A stretch of DNA of 57,966 bases, counting the filler, from Bipalium vagum (lineage: Eukaryota): the NCBI GenBank assembly GCA_037834085.1. It is 3 parts of 3 records of this genome, joined end to end, with 100 filler letters (N's around TTAATTAATTAA, not from the genome) between each part and the next. Parts side by side here need not be neighbours in the genome. Positions count along the whole stretch, not along the records: positions 1 to 18,988 come from JBBMKC010013918.1; 2 more parts are not named here. One strand, 5' to 3'. Numbering within the stretch: the stretch's first letter is position 1; every line of letters starts with the position of its first letter. The notes under the pieces are model-generated. The model ran no database searches. It had not been told where the DNA came from and saw only the letters and a list, made by a program, of their open reading frames with translations. The translations under genes were made by a program, and so were the position numbers. Shown here one piece after another: positions 1 through 13,439 of this stretch.

Positions 1-71
1 TATCTCAAATACTTTGACTGTTTGAGATAGCGATAAGTTTGCATAATGACGAATCTTAGCACATAACTCAG

Positions 72-380
72 TTGATATATATATATTTATTTATTTATTT
101 ATTGGATATGGAAAAATGTGATAGAGCATCAGATGAAAATTATCGAATTCTATTAACAAAACAAGTGGTCGATTATTTTGACACAAAAATAATATATAAA
201 ATATTTGAAAATCAGAAACTACCAACAAAGCGTGGAATACATAGCCTACTCGAATCTTTGCAACATCATGGTTCTTTTGCAACTTTAGGACGTCCCGAGA
301 GACCAATTTTAGTACGTTCTCAAGAAAATGTTGCTTGTCTACAGAACATTATTTTGGAAGACCCTCTATTGTCCGCTTAA
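72..380 (+). mobile_element. Tc1/maT-type transposase N-terminal HTH remnant (DUF4817-like)
   Basis: ORF contains LPTKRGIHSLLESLQHHGSF..LGRPERP..VRSQENVACLQNIILEDPLLS, matching the P..I..L..KF..TGSV...GRP..RS.EN...V...P..S pattern; truncated. Confidence 0.6.
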
Positions 381-603
381 AGATGTCGAAATATATTTGA
401 AGTGTATTTCAAAAAGAAGATAATTAATATAGAATTGTATCTTGTATTAGCAAAATATAAATAACTGTTTGTTTTTGTTATTTTGCTTTAATAAACTGTA
501 TAACCATTATTGTTCTTCAAAAGATAGAGTAAAATGAAATATCGAATCACACAAAAATATGGAGGGTGATTTGATTTTCTATCACATTTTTCCTATATTT
601 CAG

Positions 604-798
604 ATTCTATTCCCACTGATCTATCACCTAAAGGATTATTGCATAATGTCTTGTCGATTTTTACCATTATATTGCATGACATGACTGAACACAATCTGTC
701 ACTCAAACGATTAATCGATAACACTTTCCAAATTAATAATTTTAAGTGATTACAACGGTTTTAATTTACTTTTTATAAATTTTAGAAAAGATCTATAA
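604..798 (+). CDS. 3' exons of an unidentified gene (partial)
   Basis: tttcag|604-745 is open in phase 1 (DSIPTDLSPKGLLHNVLSIFTIILHDMTEHNLSLKRLIDNTFQINNF), then a 40-nt GT-AG intron and 786-798 KKDL-stop; family not recognised. Confidence 0.4.
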
Positions 799-1264
799 AG
801 ATAAGATTTTTCTGGTTTCAATGCTTTAAAAAAACTATAATTTCCAGCTAAAACAGTCGTGAAAATATTTAAAACTCACGTAAAGTATTAAAGTTAAAGA
901 TTGAAATATAGGAGTAAAATTTTAAAACTATCGTGCTGTTACAAAATACCCATTTGAAGTTTATTATAACAAAAATATTAAGAAAGATACTCCATATTCT
1001 CAAAACCTTTTCATTATTATTTGTTTCGATCGATGCCGAATTATTTTAATGGAAAATTGTTAGAGTCTTTCGAAATTTAAATTTAATTATAGTAGATGTA
1101 GCAGTAAATTATTCGGATTCCTTTGCCTTATAATTATGTCAAACGAAAGATTGTTTAATGGATTTAATTTATTTTATTTTTAAAAAAATTGATTTTAAAG
1201 ATTTTTTAATTAACAAAAAACATAAATTATTAAACTGACTTTTTTCTTTTTTTTGCAATTAAAC

Positions 1265-2165
1265 ATGGTAATATATGAGACAACAACGGAGCATTTTCGG
1301 CATTCCATGTCTTTATTATTCAATTTAAGGAAAACTCCGGCTGAATTTCATCGTCTAATTTTGGAATTCTTCGAACGGTAGTTAAATTGAATTAGAAAAG
1401 ACGATTTTGACTTAGTTACATCTTCCTTGACTAACATTTCAGATGCAATACTATTAGACATATAAAGATTATATTTCGTCATCAAAAAACCCTCATTCAA
1501 ACAAATCTGGTAAATTGCGTAACCGACTTAAAAGCTAAAGAGCGCCAAGGTCAACCGAAATAAAAAGAAAACTCAAAATTGGAATCTATTTTGGCAGAAG
1601 ATAATACCCAAACATGAAAACAACTAGCACAGCTATTAAATGTTTTTCGGTTTACTATTTTTAATCATCTACATAAAATGGAAAAGATTCAACTGGAAGG
1701 AGAATGGATTGAGTAAGAGGAAAATGGAGAAACTAAAAAATATTTGCAAAATCTTATTGAGAAAGACAAGAAAGAAAGTCGCATAATTAAATGTGATAAA
1801 AAATGAATTTAATTTGATAACAGTTTGCGAATTTATCTGGGGAAAAACATCAACTTTTATGGCAAGGCGCAATTTTTGGTGCGATCGGTAGGGACGTCTT
1901 ACTTTATCCGCGATATTCTACAGCTATGTCTCCTTATTTGTTACTTCTTGTTTAGATCGATTAAAAATGGGCTCCGTAATAAAAGCTTACATAATTATGA
2001 AAACATCAAAAAATAGCTGAAGGAATAGAATTCGTTCAAAGAAGAAACATTTGCGAAGTATTCATAAGTTATCAGAAATTTGGGGAAATAATGCATCTAA
2101 AGATGGGATTAAAATGTAAAACTGTTTTCTTAAAAAAATCCGCAGAATTAAATGTTCAACCTAAT
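1265..2165 (+). mobile_element. Degenerate mariner transposon
   Basis: EHFRHSMSLLFNLRKTPAEFHRLI N-terminus, ERQGQPK, and a mariner-like end (aattaaatgttcaacctaata); many stops and frameshifts. Confidence 0.65.
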
Positions 2166-3599
2166 AGCTGTACCTCAGTTTTTCCAATTGAAAACTCAAT
2201 ACTTCTGCTCAATTGCAATTATAAAACTACCTTAGAGATAGCAGTTGATTATTTTAAAAAACTACAAAAACTTATTAATATTTAAATAAAAAAGAAATTT
2301 ACAATTATATTTTTTAAAATTCGTCACAACCGAACCGATATTTTGCTTAATTACATACATTTTTTTAATTTTATTAATAGTATTGGTTGTTCAGAAAGTT
2401 TTGCACGTTTTTCGTACATCCATTTTAAAACATTAAAGAAAAGGTTTATTGATTAAAATAAAAACCATTAGCATTTAAATACTTTTGCCAACGAATTAAA
2501 AGATTTTCCGTTCCTAAAAATTGTTAAATTGATAAAATTCTCAAAAAATTCTTAAAAAATCGAAAGATTTGCTATTCATTTTAAAAGAATCCAAAATAAA
2601 TAATAAAGCAATAGAAATAACCTTAATTGTTAAACTAATAAAAGATGCTAAAATTGTTTTTAATTCCAATATTTATTTAATAAAGGAAATAAAGAAAATA
2701 TTTCTAAACAGTATCGAAATATTTATTAAAAAATAAAATCGTAATTTGAAAATTAAAAAAGAATCCTTTTAAAATAAAAATGATTGGAAGGATGTATTGA
2801 GCTTAGAGAAATAAAATCTTCATATTCTTCAAGTAATAAAAGAACATTACCTTTAAGAAAATGTGGATCTTTATGATTATTTAACCAACTTTCAAAAGAA
2901 AGAGAAACACTTTAAATATCCCCCGGCTGTTTAGCTTTAAGGGAAATATCCACTAAAATAGTCCTCAGTCAAATTTTCGTGACACTAATAAAATAAAATC
3001 AATTTTACTGAAACACTCTATTTTCCGATGAAATTCTCCTCATTATTTTTTAATCTTCGGCATTCATTTTTAATTAACTCTAACGAAACGATTTCGATAT
3101 TGAAAAATCAAAAATTGAAAATTAAGCGGTTTTAATTGTCATAATAATCGGTCTTATTTAATATGATACAAGTCAGACTTCATATGCTTATATTCATTAG
3201 CAATAATACGGTAGCTTGATGACTGATTATGAACACAGAATTCCTGGGAGAGCATTCTTTTGCTGAATATTAAGTAGTATAGCTTTACATTCTCATCTAT
3301 TCACTATCTAAATATTCTTAACCTTGATTAATTTTTGAGATAAATTCAATACATAGGCTTACATACATCATTACAAGATTCTTTTCATCTAACATATTCC
3401 TTTATGACAATTGGTCGATATGCTGATACGTTATATGCATGGTACCCATAACACCCATCAGTTTCAATAAAAATATTACGATTAGAGATAATTATTTTAT
3501 AATTTAATTATATCACACTTAAAATATATTTATTTTTAAATTTAAATAAATGAAATAGAAATGAGCTAAGATTATAAGAATGGTAGATATAATTGTACA

Positions 3600-4748
3600 C
3601 AAACGTTTAAGAAATTAGTGTGTTTAAAAAAAATAGTTTTTTAGAGCTTTATTTCACCTTGTTTTTCTCATTATCTCATTATTTCAAGAAAATTTTTGTC
3701 CAGTGAGAAATGTCTTCAGGTTTCTGAACAGAAAAAAATTTGACGGGTGGGTGTTGAACTAATTCAAAGTGCAATTTCTAATTTTTTCGAGTGAAACTTT
3801 AGATATGTGAGCAGGTGCATTATCATATTGGAAAAAAACTTTTTCCTCGACACACCTAAACGTTTCTCACAAATATGTTGGAACATTTTATCAAGTAGGT
3901 TTGCATAATATAAACCAGTTTTTGTTTTATCTTTTTCAAGGCAGTCCATGAAAATAATACTTTTGCATCCCAAAAACGGTAGCCAGAATTGTTCCTGTTA
4001 AGGAACCATTTTCGCCTTCTTGGAACCTGGTTCACCCTTTGTTGTCCATTGCAATAATTGATTTTTGTTTCCGGCGAATAATGATGACTCCAGGTTTGTC
4101 CACAGTGATAAATCGATTGAAGAAATCTGGATGATGTCGCATAAGCTACAAGCACTGTTCCGAAGTTGCCACTCGACGTTTATTTTGCTGTGGCCTTATC
4201 AGAAGTAGTATCCATCTTGCACACAGCTTTCTCATACACAATTCTTCATGTAAGATGTGGTGAACACGTTCTTTTGAGATTCCTGTAGCTTAAGCAATCT
4301 GAATCAATTTTAATCTACGGTCTGTTAACACGATTCCTTGGATATTTTTAACCATTTCCTCGGAGTTTGCTGCTTTTTATCTACCAGATTGTGGTGCAAC
4401 TTGAATTCTCACACCACTGATTATATTCGCCAACTCACTTGTAAACAGTTTTTAATGTGTTGAATATTCATTTAATGTTATATCAAGGTCGCTCTTGATT
4501 GCCGTTGGACTTAATCCTTTAATATGCAAATATTTAGTTACTGCTCGTATTTCTTCTTTCTGCATTTTTCTAAAACTTTTTAAATATGACATTTAAAATT
4601 CATGTATTACTTAAAAAAAACTACCTTTTTAATGTAATTTTGAATTTTGATTACTGGTTATTAATAAAATTTTATAAAATTTATATACAAAGGTTTGAAC
4701 ATGAAATTACCATATTTATTATTCACCGAATTTTTTAACCCACCCTCG
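3600..4748 (-). mobile_element. Degenerate mariner transposon
   Basis: Minus-strand fragments MQKEEIRAVTKYLHIKGLSP, TWSHHYSPETK, FWDAK, IIFMDCLEKDKTKTGLYYANLLD; end ttttttaacccaccctcg followed by TA. Confidence 0.8.
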
Positions 4749-4849
4749 TATAAATATTTGTGTGATATAATATTTATAGCCAGAAAACCCTACATTATAT
4801 TTGTTGTTGATCTTTATTTAATTTTTTGATTTAAATGTTTTTTTTAGAT

Positions 4850-5400
4850 TTAGAAATGGAAGAATTTTTAAAAATAGACAAAATACCCGTATTTCAGTTT
4901 CCTATGAATTCAAACGTGGATCAATTGCAACCGAAGCTGCAAGAAATATCAGCGAAATCTTAGGAAAAGAAACTATTGGCTAAAGGACAACAAGAGAAAA
5001 GAAATGTTTGACATCATAGACCTACCACATATTGGTAGATCTGTTGAGTTTGATGAAGATGTTTTGGAGTCTATTCTTTGAGCACATTCATGTCAAACTA
5101 CGACAGAAATAGCTGAAAAAAGGAAATGTGATTACAGGACTGTTGCAGACCATCTTAAATTCAGATAATGGGTGCCGCATGTGCTCACTAAATAATCAAG
5201 AAATAAAGAAAAATCAAAGGTTGGTCAAATGCGCCTCTCTTCTTTCTCGAAACCGTCGTCCTGTCCAAGAACATTGGCCATTCTCAAACCATAAGCATCG
5301 GAAATCATGGATTAACAAGGGAGATCAGTCTATTCCACGAACCATATCACCACTACATCCGATCAAGGTCCTTCTTTGCATTTGATGGGACGTAAAGGCG
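4850..5400 (+). mobile_element. Mariner 5' half remnant
   Basis: YEFKRGSIATEAARNISEILG, WVPH motif (tgggtgccgcat), RKSWINKG..P and P.KVLLCI. Confidence 0.75.
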
Positions 5401-6040
5401 TAAAGCTTTGTTGTCATAATGAAAAATAATTTTCAATTTCGATTGCCCTATCTAATTTTTGAAATAGTTCAATACCATTTAAATTGACAGTTATTAGATT
5501 CAATTAAGTTATTGTTGTCAAATATTTTTTTTCTTCGCAACACATTTGGACTTGAAACACCTAAACAGTGGATTGTTGCTTATTTTAAGAGTCATAAGAA
5601 TGAATACATATTTCATCACGAGTGAAAAGTTGAGATTTTGGATCAGATTTTTGGCATCATCAAATGTGCGAACTTCAAAGCTTTCTTACCCTCATATGGT
5701 ATTGGAAAATGGTTTCAACTGCTTTCAAGTCAATGACAACAGATGTCTAAATTTCAAGGTATATGATATGTTTTTCTCTAGGAATGATTTGATGCATATC
5801 AAATCATTATTCGTAGCTGAAATGAACATTGGCGGATGATCCTCACGAAATTCGTCCTTCAGATTTGTGCGTCCACATTGGAATTTTGTAAATCCTTCTT
5901 AAACACAGTCATGTGAATGACTTCGTTCCGAAAAAACTACATTTTGTCGTTCTGGATATTATTTCTGTGTAAGGTCATATTTAAAATCATAAAAAATCAT
6001 TGAACGACAATTTTCCCTTAAATTTTTATTTTGTATTAAT
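5400..6040 (-). mobile_element. Mariner 5' half remnant
   Basis: Minus strand reads RENCRSMIFYDFK at the N-terminus, EFREDHPP and an ITGDET-like segment; disrupted. Confidence 0.6.
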
Positions 6041-6949
6041 AACTCCTATTTCAAATATTTACCTATTTAAAACAAATTCATTGATTTAGATTTATTCAAT
6101 AATTTATGGTAATTCAATATCAATTTTGATGATATATCAATGATTGTGTCAGTTATAAAACGTTGAAATCACTTAAAGTACAAGATTCTTCAATCTTTGC
6201 CACCAAGTAAAACAGAAACAACTTTTGAATATTTCGAATTTCTTATCTTAGAGTAATTTTAAATAATAACTTTTGTTTATTATTGAGGAAAGCAAAATAT
6301 ATTGTAACCTTAAAGGCAAATATTCACTATTAATGTTTGTGAAATGTCAAACAAATACAAATAAAAGAAATCATGTTACATGATTAAAAGGGTGAAATTT
6401 CCACTGATGATATACAGTATTTTTTAAAAATATTTTCTTTATCTGCTTAATTTAATTTTATTAAATTAATATACGTTTTGTAAATGAAAAGAATTCTAAA
6501 ATAAATTGCTAGATTTATTTCTTTATAATCCCGTTGAATATCAGTTATCATTAAGATATTAATTAGCTTAATGGATACATTTTAATTTGTAAATATTTTT
6601 TTTGTATATTTGAAAAAAGTAAAACCATTTTTTATAAAAATAAAAATTATTATATAATATAAAAAGTAAATTTTTATTTAAGGACTGTGTTCTGAGAATT
6701 CCATGTTCAATACGGTTCTATATTTATCAGTTTGTCAGGAAAAGTTCTACAGGAAACTTTCATTAGCAAATCATTATACTACAAAAGATTTGTTCCATTG
6801 ATCTTTTTTTACTAATGATTTAGTTTCTGATAGTAAGAAAAACTGAGCAATTCATTAGTCAGACCGTTGAAAGAGAAAGGTATTTTCATTCTTAGACATT
6901 TTTTATGATTGCAGTGAAAAATAAATTCTGAAGATTGTGTGAAATATGG

Positions 6950-9576
6950 ATGATGAAAATATTACAATGCTTTTTGGTTAAAATAATTATACAATTTTTC
7001 AACCAAAAAGAAAAAGAAAAATCTTTTAATTTTTCTCTTTCTCTTTGAAAACTTTTATTTTTTATGTAGATCCATTTTAAACAACTAAACATTTAAGAGT
7101 ATATAATTATGAGTATATTATTATTTAATATTAGGTGTATTAGTGTGATTCCGACTTTTAATAAAAAAAAGAAAATTTTAAAAAGTTTTATTTTATAACA
7201 TTTAATCAAAATATTTTCCATTTACAGATATAACATTGGACCATCTTTTAGGCAAAAAATAGATTCTTATAATCTGGTTCTTTTGAAGAAATCAATCTAT
7301 TTTTGAAGGTCTTTGTCGAAAGTGCGAATTGCATCGAGTGGAACAAATGGAAATCAGAAGGAGCAATATCTGATGAATACAGCTGAAGATAAAAGACTTC
7401 CCAGTTTGCATCTTCTAAGTAATTATTCACAATAGAATTAACATGTGAACATGCGTTATAGTGCAGTAAAATTATCTTATCATATCTGTCCGCTCATTTT
7501 GACCTTTTCTGTTTCAGAGCTCGCTTCAAATGAATTAGTTGGGATCGATAGCGTTTCAGATTGTTTAAACAGTTTATAATAAATCAAACCTCTTTTATCC
7601 CACCAGATAACCAGCATCACTTTATATCCATGGATATTCTGTTTGAAGGTTGATATACTCGGTTCGTCAGACTTCACCCAAGATTCTTTGCGTGTTGGGT
7701 TGACATATCGAATCCATGTCTCGTCTCTGTCGCAATCCTATGCCAGAAACTTTTTCTTTATTGTCTTTGAAGATGGATATCACAAATTGTAAGTCGTCTT
7801 TCAATGAAATTGTCTCTTTCTGACAATCCATGTGAAGCCCATTTTCCTAATTTTCTAATCATTCCCATACTTCTCAGATGTTAGAAAATCCATCCGTGGC
7901 TCACATATCAAACAATTGACAGTTCTGTTTACGTTTGACATGGGACTTTGTGTAATAATTGTGCCAATTTTCCAGTTTCAAAAACTTTTGTGGTCTACTA
8001 TGCTTTTTATCGATAATGTCGTAATTTTCATTCCTGAATCAACAAAAAAATTCTTTGCATGTCGTACCTGAAGGTAAATTTCTTCCAATAAACGATGTGT
8101 TTCTGTACAAGTTTTCTTTGCAAAAAGTAATGCAACATTACTTTGACCCTTATTCGGAACTAAATTGGCCATTTTGAATTTTTCTATTTTTCAAACAATA
8201 TCTATGATATTTCAATAAAGTTTTTTATTGAATTATTCATATATGATCTTACAAATAATGTATGATACCAATTTAATTTGTTCTTTTAACTACAAATTTG
8301 TTTTGAAAAATTTCGGATTGCCAATATCGGACTCGAAGATGTTCGGTTGAATTTGTTAAAACGCAGTTGAAAGCAATTATCGAAACAGACTAGCGAAAAA
8401 CCATATATTGAAAAGTTTCATAAAAAGTTATTGTAGATCATCTGAGTTATTGAATTTTAAAGTATTTTTCTAAAAACTTGACATTATTTTTTGACCAACC
8501 TAATAAAAATTAAAATTCCTAATGTTATTCAAACCAAATAATTTAATGTCTTAGAATAAATACCTTTAAGGCTCTTTTAATGACTATTAGTCGGTCCTGT
8601 GATAGTCAGATCATTAAAGTTCAAAGAGAAAGACGTGTGATGATCAGAGGTAAGCCGACTTTTAATCGGCTAAAAAAATTTATACTTTATATAATCATAT
8701 AAGAGCCAGTTTTTGCTTAATTTTTAAAGAACTCTTATGAAATCCTCGAAAAATATAAAGAGTAAAACAGTGTTATTTAATTCTGTATCATCATTTTAAA
8801 TATTAAATATTTACTAAAATCTGAATATTTTTTCATCACACTTAATAAATGAAATTAAATTATAATTTAATAAGTCTGTTCTAATACGAACAGACAGGTA
8901 TTTAATTATTAAATCAAAGTCGCATCACGGCAAAAAATAAAACTATAATTTCAGTAAATTCACATTTTCAGTAGAGGCTCGGATGTTAAATACTGAAAAG
9001 TATATTAATATATTTATTATTTTTACTTTTATTATATTATATTATTATTATATTTTTCATTTTTATTATTCTCTAGTTACGTACGTTTATAGTTAGTTGC
9101 TCATGTAAAACATTTTTTATGATTGAATGCTAAATTGTTTTGCATAGAATTTTAATACTGTTTATAGTTGGGCCACATGTAGCAAAAATTCTAAAGGTCA
9201 ATTTTGAATATCTTCCTTTGATGTTTTATCTTCACCGGACATTGTTCGGAGTGACTCATTTGTTTTGATCGATGACATACGGGCTATCGGAGCAGCACTT
9301 CAACAATTATTAAGAAATAGAAAAGTGGTTCAATGAATGGATCACTTCGAAAGTTGTTTTCCCGTCAAGGATTCTATCAACTGCCAGTCATATGAAAAAA
9401 ATACTTTGAATGATGTAAATGTACTTGTTTTTTCAGTGTTTTTGGTATTTAAAAATAACACACTGAATTAATCCATATATCTAATAAAACATATTTACTT
9501 AATTTTAATAAATAAATATTGCTAAATGTATCTTTCATTTAGCTTTCTAAACATTATTAATGACCTTGATCAATGA
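6950..9576 (+). CDS. Candidate 55-aa secreted peptide precursor (hand-spliced, tentative)
   Basis: Exons 6950-6976, 8571-8649 (donor GAG|gtaagc), 8972-8999 and 9543-9576 join in phase: MMKILQCFLALLMTISRSCDSQIIKVQRERRVMIRVEARMLNTENFLNIINDLDQ-stop. Confidence 0.3.
7131..8270 (-). mobile_element. Near full-length degenerate mariner (Mos1-like DD34D)
   Basis: ORF pieces MANLVPNK..KKTCTETHRLL, NIHGYKVMLVIWWDKRGLIYYKL, WEV..YSSDIAPSDFHLFHSMQFALS; TA-ttaggtgt TIR start at 7129. Confidence 0.85.
9200..9485 (+). mobile_element. Mariner 3' fragment
   Basis: SSPDIVRSDSF, LSEQHF..IEKWFNEWITSK, GFYQLP and a terminal aattaatccatatatctaata. Confidence 0.65.
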
Positions 9577-10329
9577 AAAATGGGCTAGTGAGTCCTGACA
9601 TCTACTTTCAATTCTTTTAAATATTTCATGAAGTCATGTACTTGAACACTTTCTTTGATCCCTTTGACATCAATTTTTGCTTTATATTATTAATTTATAT
9701 TTTATTATTCCTTAGAAATTTTTATTTTATATTTTATTAGAAGAAATTGATTTTAAAAGTCTGCTAAGCTCAAATAACAATCTGACTTTATTTATGTAAA
9801 TAAAAAATTCTTTGTTTATTTATGCCAGTCAAGAAAACTTTTCCAAAGAAAGTTGTTATAAGCAAATTAATTTTCTTTTCTCTTTCGATTATATGTCAAG
9901 AAGACCACTCATGTCTTTCTATTCCTTTCTATTATTTTTATATGAAAAAATTGTCAATCTGAAATTTTCTTTTTATTAACATTGCAAATTAAATGCTCAA
10001 AAAAAATAACACTGTTTTATAAATGTGAAAGCAAAATTGTTTTAATTTATTCGGTAGGAAAGAATAAGAGAATTTTTATCATTTAACTACGCAGTTTTAC
10101 TCTTTATTTTAAGTAATAAATATTTTATCAGCTTTGTCTCAATCGGGAAATAATATTAATTTTCCTCAATTTTTTCGGACAGAAATTGACTTCTTCAAAT
10201 TACTCTACAGAAAGTTTTAAAAGTTAATTTGATACTGACTTTGAATTTTCGCTTAATTACTTTGACACCATTAACCAATAGTTTTAAATCCTATGCTGGA
10301 AGAACAACGATACTTGTACTTTTTTATTC

Positions 10330-11496
10330 AAGTATATGGCTTTGGATAATCATGAAAAATTTATATAGCTTTCAATTGCCAAGTGATGGCGATACCACTT
10401 AGGTTTTTTTGAGGCGATGAATTCGGCTATTCTTTTTTGAGCTCTTCCTATGAACCAAAGCGTTTCCCTTGTAAAAAATGTGAGAGAGAACAAAACATAT
10501 GACAATGAGAAAGAGCTATTCGCTGGATGGGGATGACTTCGATGTCTTGCAGTTCCTTAATTTTCCGATTCACTATCCGTGATGTATGTGCTGGAGCATT
10601 ATCATGCTGTAGGAGTGCTCTACCGCAATTCAACACTGCAGGGTAACGAGTGCTCAAAGTATCATGAACTCGCTGTAGTTGTTCAGCATAAAGGTTATCA
10701 TCGTTAGCTCGACCATCTGGAACAAGTTCCCAGTGCACAGGCTTCTCGTAATTCTACCAAACGTAATTCCACTTTCTTTTCGAAGCGATCTGGTGAAACT
10801 ACTTGCTGAGTTAGCTGGCCAGGCAGATGCCACAGTTTACCTCTACTAGAATTACGGAAGAAAATCCACTTTTCATCTCCTGTAATAATGCACCTCCAAA
10901 AGCTGTTGTCTTTGGGATTCTGGAGTAATTCGCGGCAAAGATCAACTCGGCGCTTGGCTTGATTATCTGTCACTTCGTGGGGAACTCTGGGTCGATTCTT
11001 ATTTACAAAACCCATCTTTTGCAGATGACGAACAATGGTGCTTTGAGAATGCTTGAGCTCCTTTGACATCCTTAGAGTGCTTGTACTGGGCTGCAGCTCT
11101 ACTAAGGCACAAAAATCTTCCTTGTCCACCACCGATGGTCGACCTGAGCGTTCCTGATCTTCAAGACTGCTATCTCCATGATTAAAGCGACGAAACCATC
11201 ACTGAGTCATATTTTCCTTGAGCACATCCTTGCCTTCCGCGTTACAAATTTCTCGAGTCACAGTTGCACCTGCTAGACCTTTTTTCCAATAATGACGTGA
11301 TAGGATCCGAATTACTGCTTTTCTTCAATCATTTTAACTGTAAAAATAAGTGATTGAAATTTAATTAATTTAATTTTTAAAATGTAATAACCAATGAAGA
11401 TACCAATTTTTTTATATAAATATTATTATTAAATAATGTGGTAAAACGAGAACTTTAAATAACTAAAAACGTGAATAACTTTTGACTCAACCTGAT
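10330..11496 (-). mobile_element. Best-preserved mariner (DD34D transposase pseudogene)
   Basis: ORFs 10704-11132 and 10448-10738 carry RVPHEV (WVPHEL motif), IITGDEKW and LLQHDNAPAHTS; upstream ERSGRPS; TIR-like end aactttgactcaacctgata; frameshifted. Confidence 0.9.
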
Positions 11497-12759
11497 AATT
11501 ATTCGATTTTTGAGCTCAGCAGTGTATATATTCAGTTTATACTATTCTAAGAGAGAATTTCCGAAATTAAGTATTTCTAATGGGAAACGTAAAAAATTCT
11601 TTTTATTATACCACTAGTAATTATGCACTTTTAACTTTATTTTTCTTTTACTTTGTGTTTTACCGTTTTTTTTTCTTGTCTCAATAATATTTCAATATTA
11701 ATGAAGTCCTATCGAATGGGTTTCCTTAATAATTTTCATTTGAAATCATTTTCACGTCGACCAAATGAGATCCAGCTCAACTGAGTTATGTGAGCTAATA
11801 ATAGGTCTGAGACTAAATGTCTATCATCCTATATCTGAATAATTTATTATCACTTATCCTTTATATAGTGCTCAAATAAAATAAAATATGAAAAATGAAT
11901 GGACAATATAAGTCTTATTCATCCCATTAACACTTAAGAATGTGGATTGGTATTTATTTTATATAATGTGGACAATTTTCAATTCTCTTCTACTTTCTAA
12001 TCTAAATATCCACAGTAATTATATCAGCTTATATAATTACGAAAAAATTTTCATAAACTATAAATTGCCTATAAAGCTAAAAGTTATTAATTATTATATT
12101 ATTTTCAAGACTCGTTTGTCATTTTCTATTTCTCTGACTTCTGCGGGAATGACATTCTTATAAAAAAGATTATAATGTTACAAAAAGTTTGTTATTTATG
12201 ATATTCTTTGGTAAAATAATTCACACTATATTAAGTTATTTACCCAACCATTAAAATTTTAAATTTTATTATAATAAAAGATAATATAAATTATAATTTT
12301 AATAATATAATAAAAGTCATGATGATTTAATAATACATTTTTTAATAATTAGTAATAAATTTAACATTTTATTAAGTATTAAATTTTTATCTTTAAAGAT
12401 AAAGAATAAAAAGTTTATTAATTTGAAATTTTAATAAAAAAATAACTTTAAGAAAATAAATCTATTATTAAAAAATTAAAATAAAAAATTTCTTGGTGTG
12501 ATAATTTAATACCTAATTAATTAATACCTAAAATTATTAAATATATTTGCTTAAGATTTATTTTTAGTACGTTTCTCCGAAAATTTTAATTTTAAAAATT
12601 ATCCCAATGGTAATTATAAATAAAATAATTGAGCAATTAATTTTTAAATATTTTGAAGAGTTTATCCAAAATATTTAAATTCTTTAACTTAAAAATTCAG
12701 TTATCGTATAGAAATAAAATTAGAAATCGCTATTAAAACATTATTTAATTTGTTGGGTT

Positions 12760-13200
12760 AGCCAAGGACACATCCTTGTTAACTCTTGTAAAAAAATTAT
12801 CTGTTAAAAATCGCAGAGGTCTGATGTATTTGTAATATTAATAAATTAATTATTAATTAATTATTATTAATTATTATTATTTCTGCTTAAACTATTCAAA
12901 GGCACATGAAAAGAATTGGATTGAGATATAAAAAAATATCATCAATGATTTATTTAAGTAAGAAGCATAAGGAAGACCGATTAGCGAAAGTAAGTACCTG
13001 GGTTAGTGAAAAAAACGGTTTTCACGGACAAAAAACGATTTAGTTTAGATGGGCCTGATGATTGGCAAACATATTTTTAAAAATGAAGATAGAAGTCGTC
13101 AGCGCAGACAGTGCAGGGGGTTGCGGTATTATGGTTTGTATGGTGACACTACCCAATGGCTTACTGTCCTATAATGTTATCAAAGGGAATTTATTCAATT
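12760..13200 (+). mobile_element. Tc1/Tc3-like transposase remnant
   Basis: FTDKKRFSLDGPDDW (FSDEKKFNLDGPDG motif) and RRQCRG followed by an IMVC segment. Confidence 0.7.
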
Positions 13201-13439
13201 TAGAAGGCGAATAAGGTTTACTTGTGGGGTTTTGATTCAATTCAGTTTAAATGTTTGCAACTGTAAAAGTGAAAAGAACACAACAATATAAAGTGAGAAA
13301 TTGTTGATTTTCAAGTGAAAGTTACTTGTTTTAGTTTAAGAATAGTAGTAACAATTCGTTATGAAGAAGATAAAGAGTTTTATATAGAATTATGATCATC
13401 TAATAAAAGTCTCAGTGGTAGATGATTAAGATTGTCATA

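Noticed and set aside
8581-8720. Hairpins plus GAG|GTAAG suggesting a spliced-leader RNA
   Set aside because: No convincing Sm site or known leader, single copy, and an upstream acceptor with an open frame fits an ordinary exon better
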